NCBI GenBank assembly: GCA_950097015.1
Contig: CATNEN010000038.1
Span: 13,516,001 to 13,580,000, forward strand
DNA length: 64,000 nucleotides
Source: Macrostomum hystrix
Taxonomy: Eukaryota; Animalia; Platyhelminthes
Direction of reading: 5' to 3'
In this document: one piece after another, positions 60,801 to 64,000 of the stretch
Layout of the letters: the number at the start of each line of letters is the position of its first letter
Position numbering within the stretch: the stretch's first letter is position 1
The notes under the pieces: generated by a model
Seen by the model: only the letters and a program-made list of their open reading frames with translations
Databases searched by the model: none
What the model was told of the DNA's origin: nothing
Program-made: the position numbers and the translations under genes

Positions 60801-62796
60801 ACTCGTTTATTGGCCGAGGCGAAGCCGAGGCCAAGAAACGATGTCCGAATACGTTTTCGGCCATAGATAAGTCAAACAAGTGGGTGATAATGTATTTATT
60901 CCACAGTTGAAGCCAGATAATTGTCACCGGACCAGATAAATGTTTCTGGTCTGGTCTGTTCTGTCTGGTCTGGTCCGGCAAATTTCAACGGCCAAATAAA
61001 TAAATTTATCTGGTCTATGGGCCAATCCAGCTGGGGAATAAATAGAGTCTTCTGTTGCTTGCCATTCAATCAAAGATGTCAATCAGCTGCAGACACCTCT
61101 GAATGCGCGTTTGAGTATGATTCACCTACAGAATTCATTTCTGTTTGGTGATGACGCGAATTGAGGCATCCAAATAAATAATAATACTCGTAGCTGCAGG
61201 AGGGCTGCGGGCAGTGGTACACCATTTAGTGACACTAGACCCGCAGCCAGCGAGGAGGCAAAAAGTATATTTAGCAGGAGTTCAAAAGAATTATAATTAA
61301 AATAATTATACACACAGTCCACATACGTTATAATATAACGATAAAATATATTGTACAATTGAGGTGTCACAAGGTGCTAGAAGGTTGTTTAGCGACTGTA
61401 CTTTAACAGTAGAGATATCACGACAGGTGATCTTTCTACAGGGGTATTTTAAATACATGGAAAATCATCTGGAAAAATCCACAACGCGGGCTAAAATTTT
61501 CCACTCTATCCGATGAAACAACTTCCAGAATCATAAAACATCGGCATCGTCGATATTCAACGATTCTCCTCGTGTCCTCCTCGGGGTGGCAAAGGCCACC
61601 AATATAGACATAATCTTTAATCTTTCTGCTCACAAAATTTCATCATGTAACCTTGTCGGCTATCATTGTTGTTCATATTATTGGTTATATAGTTAATTAT
61701 TCAATTATTGAACCAATTTGGATTCGGGATACAGGTTTATACAGAGCAGAGCAACGTTAGTTATCCTTGTCACCTTGTTAGGGTCTTCGATCTCGACGAT
61801 GCTGACTCGTACGACTTTGAAAGTTTTTTCATCGTAAAGGGCGGAAAATTAAGATTCATTGTGGTGAACTTTCACAAAAATCGGTCATTCGGTTTGTGAA
61901 GTTGTGAAGTTGGCAGGGGGTATTTGAAATACTTTTCTTTGAGCAGGGGGAAAATCACATGATCTTTCTACTGTTAAAACACGGTTCCTTTCACTTCGCC
62001 AGCTTCTGCCGACAGGTCTTCTGACACCTGTCTCGGCTCCGGCAGTTGCCTCCACAACCTCCGCTGCAGCAGCCATTGAAAGCAGCAACAACAGCAGTTT
62101 GGCTGACGAATCTGCAGGTGAGTGAGTGTTGCTGTCTGTCTGGCTATCATACTGTCGATATGCGTCATTCTAGCATTCCAATTATTCTTCATAGCCGGAG
62201 TCGGCTGGCTATGAATTTCAGCTCCATTGTCTTATCGTTGCACGCATCGCTAGTCGCATCATTGTCTGTTTTCCTGCATGTATACGCTAGCGAATGATGA
62301 ATCCGTCGGATTTCTATTCATCGGATAAATTCATCGTGATTTTGCTATGCTTTTTAGAGCCCGAATGGAACCCAAGTTATCTATTGCGATTCTAATGCAC
62401 TGAAATTGTCATGCACAAATTTTAACGACTGTCAACCTTAAACCGTCGGGCAGGACAAAGCGACATTTTCGTTGGAGACCTGGCGCCCGAAGTTGAAAAT
62501 CATCAACTCCGGGAGGCGTTCGCCGCCTATGGCATTGTCACGTGAGCGATGTTTCAAACACACGGTATGCGGCACGATCAGAAGCGTATTTTAAGACCTA
62601 GAATTGAATATCTAAATTTGCAGGGAGTGCAAGATAATCAAGGACATGCACACACAGAAGCCAAAGGGCTATGGCTTTGTGGCGTTCGCCAATCGCGATG
62701 ATGCTCAGGAAGCACTACGCGGCATGCAGGGCCGGGTCCTGGGCTCGCGGGCGATTCGCACCAACTGGGCCGTCAGGAAGCCAGCACAGACGCCAG
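57894..62796 (+). CDS. TIA-1/TIAL1-like RNA-binding protein, 5' part; continues beyond the window
   Basis: Exons 57894-58073, 62003-62117, 62454-62541, 62624-62796, phases 0/1/2 consistent. RRM DIFVGDLAPEVENHQLREAFAAYGIVTECKIIKDMHTQKPKGYGFVAF...GRVLGSRAIRTNWAVRKP matches TIA-1 RRM2 (FVGDLSPE, KGYGFV, IRTNWATRKP). Confidence 0.85.
58149..59548. repeat. 41-bp intronic minisatellite (GTCTGACAGGTGACTCTACCGTGTTCTATGGGTTKGTGCTD), about 34 copies
   Basis: Direct periodicity starting about 75 nt after the donor at 58074. Confidence 0.98.
60756..61044. mobile_element. Non-coding double-palindrome element with central GCGAAGC hairpin (non-autonomous, Crypton-associated type suspected)
   Basis: Module 1: TTATCACCCACTT (60756) / AAGTGGGTGATAA (60890) arms around TTGGCCGAGGCGAAGCCGAGGCCAA. 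Module 2: TATTTATTCCACAG (60893) / CTGGGGAATAAATA (61044) arms. Confidence 0.6.
61181..61260 (-). mobile_element. SINE family A 3' end fragment (5'-truncated)
   Basis: GCAGGAGGGCTGCGGGCAGTGGTACACCATTTAGTGACACTAGACCCGCAGCCAGCGAGGAGGCA matches 31180-31245. Confidence 0.8.
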
Positions 62797-64000
62797 GTTG
62801 GTCTGACTGAGTTGGGACGGAGGGAGTTGGGACGGGGCGACCGTTGACAACCAATAAAAAGCGAGCGATCTATACGTCCCCTTCAACAGTGTACATTCAG
62901 GCTCGCGAAACTGGGGGTTGGGGCGAGACAACCAATAGAAAGCGATCCATTTCAAGCCACTTCAAAAGCCTAAAAGCCTAATAAAGACCAATCAGAACCG
63001 ATAAAGCGTAAATAATGCAAAATAGAGAATGACTAAACATAATTCCGTTTTAAACACAAATACTAAGATTAGCCTAAACTGGTAAAATAACTGAGTTTTC
63101 TGAGAAGTTCTTGCCTAGTTATTAAGCAAATTCTAGTTTTTTGTGAAAACCTGACACCTGTAAATTATGTATCGATAGGAAATTTGAAGGTACCATATCG
63201 TGGGATATCTGATCACATTATCAAAAAAGGCCAAAACGGATACACTTTCATTCAGCTCATTAGTAAGAGCGACTGTCGCCGCATTCTGCTCATTACGTTG
63301 GACGATACGTCGGCAAGTAGACCTCGGAGATTGTAGGCGCATAATTTTTATCATTAGCGTGCTTGGCGAGCTGAGGTTAGCTGTGTGGTCCTGAGCAGCT
63401 CAACTGAAAGTTAGCCACCCCCATTTCATCCCACCAATCCCACAGTTCGTGTTGCTCCGCCTTCGCTTTGCAATTCTTCCTCCCCCTCTATCTCTTCGCC
63501 TGTCCATCCATCTCTGGAGCCGCAGACGGTCCACAATCGATGGGTCAGTAATTTGGTCATTGGCGGGGCTGGACTAGATCCTGGTGAATGTGGAACCGGG
63601 GTGCAGGATGAGATGAGTGTGCGGTGCAACGATTCAATTCAGCTGGGAGAATCCGCGTCTATTCTCTTGAGACTTGGATGGCATGCGCGCCTGGCTAGCA
63701 AGTTTTGAACTTGGGGATCGGGATTTTGGGGAGTTGAGGATGTGTGGGAAGACTTGAGGATGAAGAGAGAACGACCAGGAACATGTAGTGAGCATCACTT
63801 TCTATCTCCTCTCTTTCTCTCCCTTCAGTTTCAATGGGCTAGCTTCCCTCTGCGGCGCACAATGCGCTAGGACCACACGTGTGTAGGAACAGATTTTGTG
63901 CACTTTCACTCTATTCATTATTAGCAGTATGAAATAGCTAGCTGTTCATGCATGAATACAATCTGAAGGTTTTATGTTTTCTTGATTATAGGTACTTATA

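Noticed and set aside
61235-61260. HDV ribozyme P3-L3 match GCCTCCTCGCTGGC on the minus strand
   Set aside because: Could not build P1, P1.1, an adjacent P2 or the J4/2 catalytic C; the bases are better explained by the SINE 3' stem-loops.

Overview
Eukaryotic (metazoan) genomic window with spliceosomal introns. CAG-rich coding exons and introns filled with minisatellites suggest a free-living flatworm of the Macrostomum type; this is an inference, not provable here. Genes reconstructed by hand from splice sites and reading phase: the 3' part of mitochondrial glycerol-3-phosphate dehydrogenase (GPD2, +), a two-exon caveolin (-), an orphan ORF (-), 26S proteasome ATPase Rpt6/PSMC5 (+), a multi-exon coiled-coil protein (+) with a duplicated pseudo-exon downstream, endophilin A (+), peroxisomal multifunctional enzyme 2/HSD17B4 (+, ends in PTS1 AKL), and the 5' part of a TIA-1/TIAL1-like RRM gene (+). 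Mobile DNA: three decayed mariner elements (one with ~200-bp TIRs and a nested TTAA-flanked insert), a truncated Crypton-like tyrosine recombinase bracketed by repeats, a GCGAAGC-hairpin palindromic element, a TIR MITE and two tRNA-derived SINE families. Roughly 13-14 kb (over 20 percent) is minisatellite, and almost every long intron has its own unit. Most long ORFs in the supplied track are translations of these arrays. Best leads: PSMC5 has no in-frame AUG and could take its start codon from the flatworm spliced leader; inverted minisatellites flank two exons in circRNA geometry; a 41-bp array of AG/GT recursive-splice-like sites sits in the TIA-1 intron; one minisatellite appears born from a SINE head; transposons show CpG-decay footprints.
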